This document shows, piece after piece, positions 1 through 13,039 of a stretch of 64,000 bases of DNA (positions within the stretch are counted from its first letter, which is position 1; each line of letters opens with the position of its first letter). Origin of the DNA: Utricularia gibba (taxonomy: Eukaryota > Plantae > Magnoliophyta); assembly GCA_002189035.1 (NCBI GenBank), contig NEEC01000009.1:620001-684000 (forward strand). The letters are read 5' to 3'. The translations under genes and the position numbers were made by a program. Below the pieces are notes generated by a model. It saw nothing but the letters and a program-made list of their open reading frames with translations. It was not told the DNA's origin and searched no databases.

Positions 1-799
1 ATACATATAAGGTTGTTGATTGTTGTAGAATATATGAAATGGATTATAATATTAATTTCATGGTTGAAGAAAATATTGACGAGTTAGATATTGATCAAAA
101 AGAGTGTAATAGGATTGTAAGTGAAGATAAGTAGATTGAAAGTATATGATTCTAATTATGAATATTTGAATAATATTAATTTTGATGTTGACTTTGTTGC
201 TATTTCAAAAAATGTGGAAAAAATTCTACCTTTATTTTAGAGTTGTTTTACCCGAGGAAAGAAATAAGAGATGCTATTAAAAATTAATATTATTAGAATG
301 AAAAAAACGTCTAATTTCTAAAAAGTAAAAAATTAAGATTAGAAGTAATATGTTTTCAACTATGTGGTATAAATGACAATGTTAATCCTGGAATTCGTTG
401 TGTATTTCATATAGCGTTGAAATTCACCTTGAACAAAAAAAGTTTAATACTTGTATGTTTATTTTAAAACTTGTCATAAAATCTTCTAAAAAACATATAG
501 ATCTATCATTAGAATGAATGAATGTTTTTTAAAGTAGATTTTTCAAGATCAAATTTTGGTTTTTTGGCTTAGATCTGAATAATATTTTTTCAATTATTTG
601 GACTATCCAAATTGGTGTTAGTTTATTAAGTTATTAAAAATTTACTTAGGTATTGATAAGAAAAATGTCAATAAATACATGTTCATTCCGGATCAACATA
701 AAGACTTAATATTTGCATTTGATATTGTACATCAAGGAGCTAAAAAAATATTTTATATTAGAACTATACACATACAAAAAGAGTAGGATATGATTCACT

Positions 800-1100
800 A
801 TTAATGAAACTTGCTTTATATAGAGCATCAACAACTTCAATTGAGGATTGTGACAAGTGGTTGCAAGATAAATTGTCAAAGTATTAGTTAACAAATTTTT
901 TTCAATACAAATATCAAAATATGATAACTTGTCGAACAATATGTCAAAATACTTCAATTCATTTATTTTAGAATCATCAATTTCTTTAATAAATTAGAGA
1001 ACTTGTTATGTTGAGGTTGTTTCACTGTTGAGATATAGTCAAGAAATAAATAGTTTCGATATATTTTGTAGAAATGGTATCTGTACAATGCGAATTAAAA
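800..1100 (+). mobile_element. Degenerate Mutator-like (MuDR/MULE) transposase remnant
   Basis: 914-973 translates as SKYDNLSNNMSKYFNSFILE, resembling the MuDR transposase motif KCDxLxNNxxExFNxxIL. Flanking frames carry stops and frameshifts; boundaries are approximate. Confidence 0.55.
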
Positions 1101-1509
1101 AAGATGATCAATATAAGTGAATTAATCATTTTTAGTGTTGAGATCTATATGATCATCTTTTTATTATATTATTAGTTTATGTTCTTTATCATTTTAATTG
1201 GTTGTTGATAAAGAAGCACTTAAAGTTGTTCCAATTAAGAAAAGAAGAGTCAGTAGGCTAGTGAAAAATAGGAAAAAAACATATAATGTGACAACTTGAT
1301 AAACAGATATTTCTATATTGTTATAATAAAATCAAATTTTCGTATCAAATAAATTTGTATGTTGTAATTTTCATAAAATACAAATTTAGAAAACTCGTAT
1401 AATAGATTTTGGAATTGATTACAAGAAGTACGTGCTTGTTATGTGTTTTATTATATGCAAAATTATAGAGCAAATTCTTTTCTTAGTCCAAGGTAAGACT
1501 AATAACGAC

Positions 1510-2240
1510 ATATAAGTAATTTAAATCAAATAATAATGCAGAAAGTAGATAAATTCGACTTTTGCATAAAGGGACACGTGATGCCTCAGGGTGCTTATAT
1601 AGTGTGGTAAACAAACTCTTAATTTTTTTCATGCAATTTTACATTTTCTTAATTCCAAACAAGCTAAATTTACTTAGACTATTTGTTAAAGCTTTGGCTC
1701 TAACACTCTCTAGTATTACAACTCATTTTATGCATAAGTCTATTAATTTGTGAAATATATAGAATTAGGTATACTTAGTTCTATTGGTTTTATTCAAAAG
1801 TAACACTTAATAAGTTTTGTATCAATTATTTGGTTTACATTCAAGTTGAAAGTCTGAGTTATTCAATTGATTTGTCTATTTCTTAAATCTACCTGAGACA
1901 TAGTAATATATATAGTAAATGTACAAAAAGTATAATTAAAATAGATATTCATCCCACACCAACTTCGTTACCCTAAAGCATCTCCTAACCTTAGCTATTC
2001 ATAATTGATGCACTAAACATGATTTCATAGACATAAACTGAAAATATCATCACAAGCATTGTAAGATAAACAGTAACAAAGATAAAATATCTAATGAACG
2101 AGAATAAGGTAAAATAAGTTTCTATTTTCATTTGCTACTGTTCACGAATCATTGAATTGGATTTCTAAGTTTGTTCTTCATATTTGAAGGTTTTATTCAG
2201 GAAATCGTTTTCTTCTTTTTTGTTGTTCGTTGTTGATATT
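1510..2240 (-). repeat. Dispersed repeat copy A (probable Ty3/Athila-type LTR fragment)
   Basis: Colinear by-eye similarity to 16645-17340, e.g. ttcaagttgaaagtctgagttat vs ttcaagttgagtgtctgagttat and ttcgttaccctaaagcatct vs ttcgttactctaaagcatct. The minus strand has an atgaatagctaa...tagggt motif reminiscent of Athila LTRs. The repeat is clear; the family call is tentative. Confidence 0.65.
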
Positions 2241-3439
2241 TGGCTTGATGGGATATACCAAAAGAAGTTTGGTATAAGTTGACATTCAAAAACATACAAT
2301 ACATAGTGTTGTAAAGCTAAAGTTTGTGGTTTTCCTTATTGATGATATTAGATTTATTGAAATGCTATGCTTATATGCTTGGAATAAATAGAAGAAGTAA
2401 TCTCTTGAATTCAAGAAAATTCCAATATTATATGCATTGGTAAATTAGAATATAATTAGTTTAAATATTTATTTACTATTTAATTAGCTATTGAATCTAA
2501 AATATTGTTAAATTCATAAAGATGGTATCGCATGATTTCAGAAGGGAAGTTTTCCAATATTTCGTAAGTTTTCGCTTTTATCTAATAATTTGAGTATTTA
2601 TTAGATTTATAATTTTATTAGAATCTTTTTTAGATGCAAAAGACTTGTTTCAAATACAGGAAATTGAAAACTTTGCATGTGAAATTAGCATTAGAAAGAA
2701 TTTGTTTGAATTTGTACCTTGAAATGATCATGTTATTTTGGTCTTGAAAACTTTTGATTGTATGAAGAATGTTGTTGTTTTATTTTTCTTGTATTATAAA
2801 CACTTTTTTTATGCATTGAAAAGTCTTATGTTCATATATGTATAAAATGCAAAAAATCAAGCATATGTGTATTATAATATGTTGGTGTTAAAATTGGCTC
2901 AAATTAGAATTGGGGTACGATACAATCAAAATTAAAATGATTTAGATATGAAATATAATTTTTTTTGTCTAAACATAAAACATAATTATTGTATAATTTT
3001 CTTGTATAAATTTCAAATCATTTATTATTTTTAAAAATTTATATAGATCTAAGCTATTAAAAATATTTATCGAAAAAATATTATGAAAACAGTAAATCAA
3101 ATAGAAACTACTCTATCGATCGTTCCATTTTTTTATAAAATAGATATTTTATTTAAATGTTTATTCGAACTTTCATATCAATTTCAAATATATTTAAAAA
3201 TCAACTTTTTTTATAAAAAGTGTGATTTTAATAGTTTAATTAAATACATATTATTAGAAACCAGTCTCAATCTAAATAAATTTAAAGATGATTAGAAACA
3301 TTAATCTTATGTTATGAAGTGATTTTTCGGTGAAAAATATAATATAAGGTTACAAGAATTATCTTTCTGGCCTCAATACTTAATCTTTATTGCATCAATA
3401 TAATATCAAAGCTTGTTAAGCTTTCTTTAAATAATGTCA

Positions 3440-3800
3440 AAGACTATTCTTTTTGTTTCAAGTGCACATAACTTTAAGTAGAATCTTACAGGTAGGTTTA
3501 TGATTGTCTTGCTAATAATATTTTTATCCTAAAGTTTTTCCTGTAATCCCTTAATCTCCTTCACAAACTTCACGGTACATTTATAATAGATTTGTATGAT
3601 TTCATTGTTCAATATTTTATTTCTCTCAAAATCCTCCAACTTCTTTTTGCATATTATTTATCTAAGTTTGGCATTACCATCATAATGGTTTTTGAGAGTT
3701 TACCATATTTCTTTGGATGATTTACACTCTGCAATATCATCAAACATATATTTAGAAATAGATTAATATAAGGCATTCATTGTTTCATTTTTCCTATGTT
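3440..3800 (-). mobile_element. Ty1/copia gag (UBN2-like) remnant
   Basis: Minus-strand translation MFDDIAECKSSKEIW*TLKNHYDGNAKLR*...DKNIISKTIINLPVRFYLKLCALE matches the copia gag pattern AKEIWDxL...KILRSLPxRFxxKVxAIEE, with in-frame stops. Confidence 0.7.
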
Positions 3801-5308
3801 AGAAATACTCAACTTCCTCTTATTATTCAGATGTAGATTTACTTGTCATTACAATAGTCAATATCTCATTTTCAACATCTCATATCTTTTTAATTCAAAG
3901 GTAAACTACTACTTGAGCAACTTTAGATTGAGCCTTGGTAAACCATGAAATACAAGAAAAAAATTGAATGTTAAATGAAATAATGAAACGAACACAGGTT
4001 TGAGAACCTTAATGATTTAATAACTTGTTGATACAATAAATATTAAATTTTGAGATTGAAATGAAAGATATAATACTTACGAATTCATAGTAGATAAAAA
4101 CTAAATTTAGAAGAACAAGAGTGGCGAAAATATTATATATAACATATAAAAAAAATAATAGAAAAACATCAATTATAAATTTTAAGTTAATATCAAATGT
4201 ATCTAAATATTTGAACTTTGGTTGTAAATATTCTAAAACTCGTCTACTTAATGAAAAGCTTATTGTATAAATTTTCTAATATTAGAGCATGTATATAAGA
4301 TAAATAAATAATCAAATAATGTAAATACATATGTTGACCTACATATATTTAAAATTGAAAATTATATATATATTGTGAAATATAAAAAAATACATAAAAA
4401 AATGGTATCAGCTCAATCTGTTTGTGGCCACGGGTGGAGGAGGCCCAGGCCCAGATGTAGCAGAAACACTGGGAGGAAGACGACGAGACCAAAGGTGTGG
4501 TTGGGAAAGATTTGGATTACTGTGATTAATGAAGTCCTTATTTTTTTTAATACAGAAGTCAGAAAATTAATTCAGTTTGATGTGGTTGGAACTTGGGAGC
4601 CAAGATTCTTGTCCCGAGATATGGATCCAAAAACCGGATATGCGTTAGCCATGTTCAAATCTCCTTCAGAGGTGTAGTTGATATCCGCAAGGAACTCTGT
4701 TCCGATAAATGCGTGTTGGTGGAGAAGGGAAGGGAGAGTTCGATATAAAGAGGATAAAGCTCAAACTTTTCAACTTTTTTGTACCTTCTGCGGATTAGCC
4801 ATTTTTTCCCCTTGGTGATCGTGTTCGTTTCATTGAAAGAAGATCTGGGTTTTGTTCCTTTGTGCTTTGTGGTTCCATTCGCCTGATTTTTACCCGGTGA
4901 CAAGGATAAAGGTTCGCGCTTTTCGTTGAGCATCTCCAATCATTAATAAAATATCATTTGAGGGGATTTCGCCCAACTCTTTCTGAAGTCTGATTTATGT
5001 TTCCGATTTCGTTGCGAACCGTGTGGCTGTCTATCCTTCCAATACATATATTGCTGGATTTCATCTCTTTCCGCTGGACTCATTTATTACGCTCCAACCC
5101 AATCAGGCTGTATTGAGCTTGTGTATCGTTTTGTGGCCCCCTTCGTCATTAGTTGGTTCATGTTCTCTTTCTGCTGTGTGGTTTCTGGTACCTGCTTTGG
5201 GTTGATTGGATTTCTGGGGCTTGGCGTGTTATTAGCTTGATCCTGAAGTTTCTGCTGTCCGATTTATTTTTGATCTTTCTGTTCTCTTGGAGAAAGACGG
5301 AGAAAAAA

Positions 5309-6125
5309 ATGGCTCTTTCTTTCACTAAGTTCCCATGGCTGTGGTTCGGAAGCGAGGAAAAAGACAAAGTCTTCACCAGTTCAGTTAAAAATGTTATAAA
5401 GTCTGTGAGTGATTGGGGTATGGGATCAAGAGGAGAGCCCGAAAGTTTGAGGTTCAATTCTATAAATGGCGCAGACAAAAGAAGACCCTCATCAGGCTCA
5501 AATAGGAAGGTGAAGAGGAAATGGAAGAGCAGGGAGGAAAGAAGGATTGACAAGGAGTATGATGTAGTTTTGGTGCCTTCAGATGGTGTCTGTTTATCCG
5601 GATCAGAATCCGATGCCTCTGATTGGTCTATTGGTTGGTTAGAGCCGCATAGCTCTGAGTTCCAGGCTGATGAGGAGGCGGATGACAGCTTTGCTGTGTT
5701 GGTCCCTTGCTATAGGTATGATTCTGAAGAAGCAACAGGAACAGAGGAAGAGCAGCAGCACGATTATGGCTTCTTCAATGCTGTAGAGAACCATCCTGCT
5801 GCTTATCCTGGTACGAGTCCTCTGGTTTTTTTGTTCCCAGAAATGACGCTCAAAAGTGCCACCGCCTAGAGTAGCTAAGCTAATGAGTTTGTTCTCTGGA
5901 GATGAAGAATAATGAACAAGTTCCATAGAATGAGTTTAAATCTGCAGAGAAACACTAGTTACTAAGCATTCATTACAAGTTCTCTTATGGCAGTCACACC
6001 ATTAGGGCCATAACCAGATCCGCCCCTGCACTCTCTAATCTTCTTGTTTCCTTTCAGATGAGAAGAGTGACCTTCATCGGTGGCTTTCCTCGTTCCAGAA
6101 GTTTCAGGGAACCACGTTCATCTGA
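5309..6125 (+). CDS. Conserved uncharacterised plant protein, 2 exons (5309-5810, 6058-6125)
   Basis: MALSFTKFPWLWFG...REERRIDKEYDVVLVPSDGVCLSGSESDASDWSIGWLEPH...SFAVLVPCY is a plant-conserved motif set. A GT..AG intron in phase 1 joins YP-D to EKSDLHRWLSSFQKFQGTTFI*. Confidence 0.85.
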
Positions 6126-7754
6126 TGTTCTGATATCATCATCTTCAGCTCAGAGATCGGTCGAAGATGCAGATTCCGGCTCGATTCTGCCGACGAACTC
6201 ACGGCTGAATTGTACATATGTAGTGTATATAACCATCTATCTCCATGAAGCGAACATGTGCTGGTGCAGCAAGAAACGGAGAAACATATTGCTGGTGTGG
6301 TATGGTGTGGTGTGCTCTTGTTGAACATGCGAACTCTTTTTTTGTGGCTGCAGATTTCACTTAATTTTTTAATTTTAATTCCTGGGATTAAATCAACGGT
6401 CTACTTTTAAAGACATTAAATAATCTCATCGGATCTATCATTTGGTGTCAAGTGTAATATTTTTAAATGAAAAAATAATTTTTTACAATAAATTTTTTTG
6501 TAAAACCTCAAATTCAAAAGATTCTTGTATGAAAGTTTGTAAACTTTATAAAACAATGTAAAATTGATCTTGGTTTTTATAACGTTGTATGGAGTGAAAA
6601 CTTTGTTGGTCATGACCTTCTTTATTGCCAAAAATAGTGCCATTACAAATGATTACATGCTACAAAGATTTAAAAACTAGTTTGTTGATGATCCTTGCTC
6701 ATTATCAGACATATTTTTAAAAAAAGTAAATTTAAAATATAGATATATAAGTTACAAAGAGGACACCAAAGCTATCCATCAATATGAGCGAAGCTTAAAT
6801 TTTGAATAGCAAATGTGAGATACAATCATTATTAAGTATAATGCTTACATATTTTTATATATATCATAGCTGACTATTAATTAATACATTTTCATAATAG
6901 AAATTCCTTGTTGTCATGTTTGTGTTATTCTAGATGTACTTAGAAAATGCAAGAATTAATTTAGTAGTAGATACATATTATGTGGAGAAATGTCAATTGT
7001 ACTATCAAAATGAAATCATACTTTTTGGACAACCTCATTGGAAAATTACCTCAACACCCTCGGCATTGTTGCCATTATGGTCGTATAGACAGGGTGATAG
7101 ACCAATTGGAAAAAGCATTCCAAACAAACCCATGATTGTTAAAGAAAAAAAACTATTGGGATTGAAGTGGGAACATTTGTCTTAACTATAATATAAATTT
7201 GTTTGTTATAACAAGTTGAATGACTTATTAGAAATTCTCATCAAACGTATTTGGAGTGAAAAATGAGGATGTGAATTATGAAAAAACATGTTCCCAACTA
7301 CATGATAAAGAGAAAAGATCAAGCATTTACAATATCCTTTTATGTTCTAATTCATATCATTTTAAGATTATCCTATAATTATGTATCACTAAAGGATACA
7401 TTTTAAAGAAATAAAATCATTATCCCCTTCAACAAAGACACACTTAGTATTCAATAACTTCTCATGAAACATCAACTATTATAAATGAATAACATAATTC
7501 AATTTAAGTGTCCTACATACATGGATTTGAGAAATGCAATTCAATTTATGATGTTGATTCAGATTTTGTTTTAACATTATGACCATACAACCACTTAGAA
7601 ACATAAGATTTTTGCATAACTCTTGGGTGAATTACTACTAAATATTATTATATCTATTATATTAATTACTACAACTTATTCTTAAAAAACACGTTTTCTA
7701 TTTAATTGTAGAAAAATAAAAAGTTGTTGTGATCAAAAGAAGTTAAACATATGT

Positions 7755-8392
7755 TAATGTGTGTCGTTTTCATAATAAATTTTAAAAATTTTTAAACTTA
7801 TAAAATACGAAATGCGTAGTACATGTATCGAACACATGAAGTTGTTTTTTAAGGAAATGATGAAGTGAAACTGAATATAACTATCACGATTTGAAAATGG
7901 ATTTATAAAATAAAAAGTGTGAAAAACATAAATGATGAAGTTTGAGTAAAGAAATTATAAACAAATAATGGAAATGAACTTAAGCGATGAATTTTAAACA
8001 CAAAGAATGTTTCTGAAATTGGAATCCTGCCCATTTATGTTCATCATGTTTCTATTTTTCTTTGATCTTTTCGATTACTTGGTTATAAGAGTAAGAAACT
8101 GTCTACCCTCTCTTACATTTTCTTGTAAGGAGACACAAGAATAGCTCGATGTTGCTCTCTCTTGAACGAATGAGAAGATAAGAGGTCATGCCGTAATTAC
8201 CCTCATGGTCGAATTGTCCGTGAATGCTCGGGTGTTGCCAATAACCTAATGAATCCAAATACGAGATCAATATCAATCTATTGATCCTGGGGTACAACCA
8301 TAGACAAAATATTGTCTCATCTTCAAAACTCGTAGTCATTGATCAACTAACCATAAATCTTAAATAAGGGGTTTTTACAGAAAGACTGCAAC
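7755..8392 (-). mobile_element. LTR-like repeat copy 1 (truncated; Ty3/Athila-like)
   Basis: Colinear with 8393-9070 and 9737-10420 (shared blocks such as tttacagaaagactg, cccgatgttgct, aatgaatccaa). It stops exactly where copy 2 begins. Confidence 0.7.
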
Positions 8393-9632
8393 TGATGCGT
8401 GTTGTTTCCATAACAAATTTTAAAAATTTTTAAAACTCATAAAATACAAAATGCATAGTACGGATGTCGAACACAGAGAGTTACTTTTCCAATGAAAGGT
8501 GAAGTTACATTGAATACAACTATCACGATTAGTAAAGGGTTTGTGAAGTAAAAGGTGTTCGAAATAAATGATAAAACTTGAGTAAATGAACTGTAAATAA
8601 ACAACATAAATGAAACGATCTTAAGCAATTAACCTTAAATAAAATGAATATTCTTGGGATTAGAATCCTATTAAGCTATATTCGTTGTATCTTTACTCTT
8701 TTCTAATCTTCTTGAGTACTCGATTATAGGAGTAAGGAATTATCTACCTCCCTTATACTCTCTTACAATGAGGCATGAGAATAGCCCGATGTTGCTCCTA
8801 CTTGGACGAATGCGAAGATAAGAGGTCATGTCGTAATACCCTCGTGATCGAATTGTGCATGTGTACTCGAGTTTTGCCAATGACCCAATGAATCCAAGTA
8901 TGAGGTCACTATCTATCCGTTGATCCTTAAGTATGACAACAGACAAAACGTTGTCTCCCTTGAACCAATAGGGCGTGAATTCTTGCTTTCCATCTTGGTC
9001 CTTTTCAAAACTTGTAGGTAGTGACCAATTAACTAGGAATCTTGAATAATGATATTGTTACAGAAAGACTGTAACATAGTTGCGCAAAGACATAAGGAAC
9101 CCGATATCATTCAAAGAAGAAACGAAGATTAATTAACGATACGTAGAACTGGGAGTTTCCCAATCAAGAAACAAAAGTTTTTAAAAAGAAACTAGAGGAA
9201 AAATTCTTTAGAGAAATAAACAAAAGACTAAACTAGAATTGAATCCCTCATCCAAAGTGTGAATTGAAACTAAACTACTTTTATTTGAGTTTTTGTACCC
9301 CTCAAATCCTTTTGCGGATTGGAGTAACTTGCAAGAGAGCTCCTGCACATCAAGGCATCCATGGCCATGAACTTTGAACAACATAAATAAACACATCTAA
9401 AATAATAGTGGTTGTGAAAAGATACTTGTTAGATGAATTTTCATCATGAATGTTAGTTTTACATCATCGTTCGATTATGAAAAATGTAAAAAGCTTGAAA
9501 AGGTAATTTAAAATGGATGTTATTTTTGTATCTTCATATATCTCTTATTTTTATATTATAGATTAATAATGAGCTTTCATATACTAATGAATAAGATAAA
9601 TAAATCTATATTAATAAGTCTTACAATTATCA
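8393..9632 (-). mobile_element. LTR-like repeat copy 2 (probable solo LTR, about 1.24 kb)
   Basis: On the minus strand it begins TGAT (9632) and ends ...gtgttcgacatccgtactatgc...acgcaTCA (8393), the TG..CA ends and 3' motif typical of Athila-type LTRs. No matching 5-bp TSD was found, and the right end is uncertain. Confidence 0.65.
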
Positions 9633-9736
9633 TAAATTTAAAAAAATTTAATTGACTAACAAAAATAAATGTCATGAAAATAATATATATATATATATAT
9701 ATATTGAAATAGGAAAAGAAATGTTTTGAGTCTAGT

Positions 9737-10910
9737 TGATGCATATCGTTTCCACAACAAATTAATATTTTTATAACTCGTAAAACACGAAAGCGTAGTA
9801 TGAATGTCGAACGCATGGAGTTGTTTTTGAGTGAAAGTTGCAATTATGCCGAATACAACTATTATGATTTGTAAACGGTTTTATAGAGTAAAGGTGCGAG
9901 AAACGTAAATGATGAAACTTGAGTAAGGGAATAAGAGGGGTTTAAAACAAACAACTGAAATAAACGTAAGCAATGAACCTTCAATAAAACGAATGCTCTT
10001 AGGTTTGCAATCTTGCCCAGCTATGTTCATTGTATCTTCACTCTTCTCTGATCTTCTCGAGTACTTGATTATAGTAGTAATGAATTGTCTATCCTCCCTT
10101 ACACTCTCTTGTAAGAAGGCATGAAAATAGCCCGATGTTGCTCCTCCTTGGATGAACGTGAGAATAAAAGGTCCTGTCAACGTACTCTCACGGCCGAATT
10201 GTACACGTATGCCTGAGTATTGCCAATGATCCAATGAGTCCAGATATAAGGTCACTACATGTTCATTGATCCTAAGGTACGGCCACAGACAAAACGTTGT
10301 ATTCCTCCTGCCAAAAGTCCATGAGTTGGTGCTTTCTACCTTGCTCCTTTCTAAAACTCACGGGTAGTGATTAGCTAACCATGAATCTTGAATAAAAAGG
10401 CTGTTACAAAAAGACTGTAACATAATCGCGTGAAGACATACGGAACCCATTCGGATTCAAAGAAGGGATGAAGATAAACTAACGAAACATAGATCTGGGG
10501 GTATCCCAACCCAGAAGCGGAAGTTTTTAGCCGCAAACGGCCATACAAACTAAAGAAAACCAGAGTAAGGTTCTAGAAATAAGCTAGAGGAAAATCCTCT
10601 AGCGAGAGAAAACAAAAGTCTAAACTAAACTGAAAAGTAAAATTGAACTTGTCCGAATTGAACTGAGCTGAACTATTTTGTCTGAGTTTTCGTGTTCCTT
10701 TGGTTCTGCTGGACTGGAGTGACTTGCAAGCAAACGTCTATTCTGACATTGGTACGTTAATGATGTTGCCTGTCAGAGACTCCCGTGTACCGTACGTCAA
10801 GGTTCATGATTAGGCGTTTGCAGTCTTTTGGAAATCAAGGGGATGTCACCTCAGGAAGATCCAATTTGTCGCTATCTACTGCCCTCTTTCTCTCACTTCC
10901 TGCCATGTAT
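9737..10910 (-). mobile_element. LTR-like repeat copy 3
   Basis: Starts tgatgcatatcgtttccacaacaaatt, homologous to tgatgcgtgttgtttccataacaaatt at 8393. Similarity to copy 2 continues to about 10730; the right boundary is approximate. Confidence 0.65.
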
Positions 10911-11077
10911 GCATCTCTAGAAAAACTTAATTAAAAATAACAAAATTATTAGATAAAATACAAGATTTAAAATAATTACTCTAAACTAGATAAAAACCTA
11001 AATATCATATTATAGATTCCCAATCAGACAATTCTAATCACATTTAAACATAAAAAAACTCATTTTAAACCTAAGAA

Positions 11078-11889
11078 GGGAAAAATCATTTTTTAAGTCA
11101 CAATGTTTTAATTATTTTAATTTTATAGTCAAATATTTTAAATTTGTGCAAAATTTAGTCAACAATTTTACCAATAAACTCAATTTATGGTAGTTTGGTT
11201 AAAAAATATTTTAAAAATTTTTAAAATATGAGATATATATTTTTAAATAGAACTAAAATTCAATATAAATTTTTGAAAAATATTTAAATTTTTTAAAATT
11301 ATTTTTTTAATTTTTAATGTTTCTTCTATGATACTTCCATCATCCAATTTTTTTTAGATTGAGATATCTTAATACGTGAACATAGATAATGACTTCTTAT
11401 AGTTCCTCTAAAGTATTACGTCATCCTCGTATGTCTCTTCTTCGATTACACTAAGTGTGTCATACATACTAACAAACCTTTCATTTTGAAACTTAAATTT
11501 GATTAAATGTCTTTGATTAAAATTGAAATACAAAGAGTATAGGGGAAGTTTTGTGTATAGAATTATTATTTCTATAATACCATTTTGTAGAAAATTATAA
11601 GAAATGAAACTAGAAAATGATTCAATTATAATAATTTTCCATAATTTTATAGTATTTTTGAATAATTTTTTAAAAAATTTACAATATTTTTTAAAAATGT
11701 ATATTAAATTCTAGTTATCTTTAAAAATATTTATCTCAAATTTTTTAAAATTTTTAAAATATTTTTTAGCTGAAATGCCATAAATTAAGTTTATTGTTAA
11801 ACTTGTTGATTAGATTTTGCACAAATTAAAATATTTGACTATAAAATGAAAATGATTAAAACATTGTGACTTAAAAAACGATTTTTCTC
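11078..11889. mobile_element. Non-autonomous Mutator-like element (MITE/foldback) with long TIRs
   Basis: Imperfect terminal inverted repeats of roughly 250 bp: gggaaaaatcattttttaagtcacaatgtttt... and ...aaaacattgtgacttaaaaaacgatttttctc. The flanks acctaagaa (11069-11077) and atctaagaa (11890-11898) form a 9-bp TSD with one mismatch. Confidence 0.85.
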
Positions 11890-13039
11890 ATCTAAGAAAT
11901 AATGAGAAAATGACACTTAACACTAGTATATACCAATTTTAATATTTTAATGGTGTTGATAATGATGTTTATTATGTTTTAAAAGTTTTTGGATTTAATT
12001 TGAATGATTTTGTGAATGAGGTATAACTCCATTTGTTTAGTAACTTGCAAACTAATTTTTATAAATTTCAAAGTTTTGAGATTTGTTTGACTAGTGTGTC
12101 AAAGTCGTAAATGTAATTTTGCAAGTTTTTAAAATCAAGGACTAATATATTACTAACATTTAAAATTGGAGTTTTTTTTTAATAAATGGCTCATTTTTTA
12201 ACATTTTTATGTGAAAACAATTTGGGTTTTCATGGGGTGGGCTACTTTTTTTCTTTTCTAAAATTCTTTTTTCAAAATTAAAAAAAATTGAAAAAAGAAG
12301 TTGAGTTGTAACACAAAATTTCCATAAATGATCATGATGTCTACTAACTTTGAAGTTTACAAGTAGTCAAACACATTGTTTAAACATTGTTTTTTAAATT
12401 TATCAAATGAGAAATTTGTTAATATTTGTTTTTAAACTTTAATCAACAAAAATTTTGTTTAACTTATTTTAAAAATAGCTTTTAAAACTACAGATATTAT
12501 AAAAATAATCAAAATATATTTTAAAATATTTATTTAGATTATATATTTCATACTACTTATTTTTTACTAACATAAAATATTGACCTTTAATTCAATATTC
12601 ATATAACAATTGAATACAATTAAACATGGATTTTCTTCATGATCCTTGATTTATGCTATTCAAACAATCATAATCAAACTAAACACAATTCAAATACAAC
12701 TTATTAAATTTTTATAAATGTCTCATAATCAGCTAATCAAGGGAAACATACCAACTTCACATTTGTGTATTGAATATTGTCTTATTTTTTTATGTTTTTC
12801 TTTTGGAAACATTCATTAATATATCGTACTTTTGTTTCTATTTTTTGGTAGTGTATGAGGTTGAGAAATATACAAGTTAGAGTTCTTTCAAAGTTATTAT
12901 TCCATGAAATTCTCCTCACCAATTGTCTAAAATGCTGTCCTCATTTCTCAAACAGGCAAAGAATCTTCCTCTCAATGGATCTTGAGCTTTTGGAGATTGG
13001 ATTGTTAAAATCTGAATAGGATCTTGTTGGTAGAGAATA

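Noticed and set aside
4375-4939. ORFs upstream of the first gene
   Set aside because: No family motifs were found. The sequence looks like promoter (two GGCCCA sites) and 5'UTR or intron of the gene at 5309.
6900-7600. Possible transposase or RT remnant
   Set aside because: Only a weak VDSDF-like hit near 7550 was seen, and there was no consistent homologous frame.
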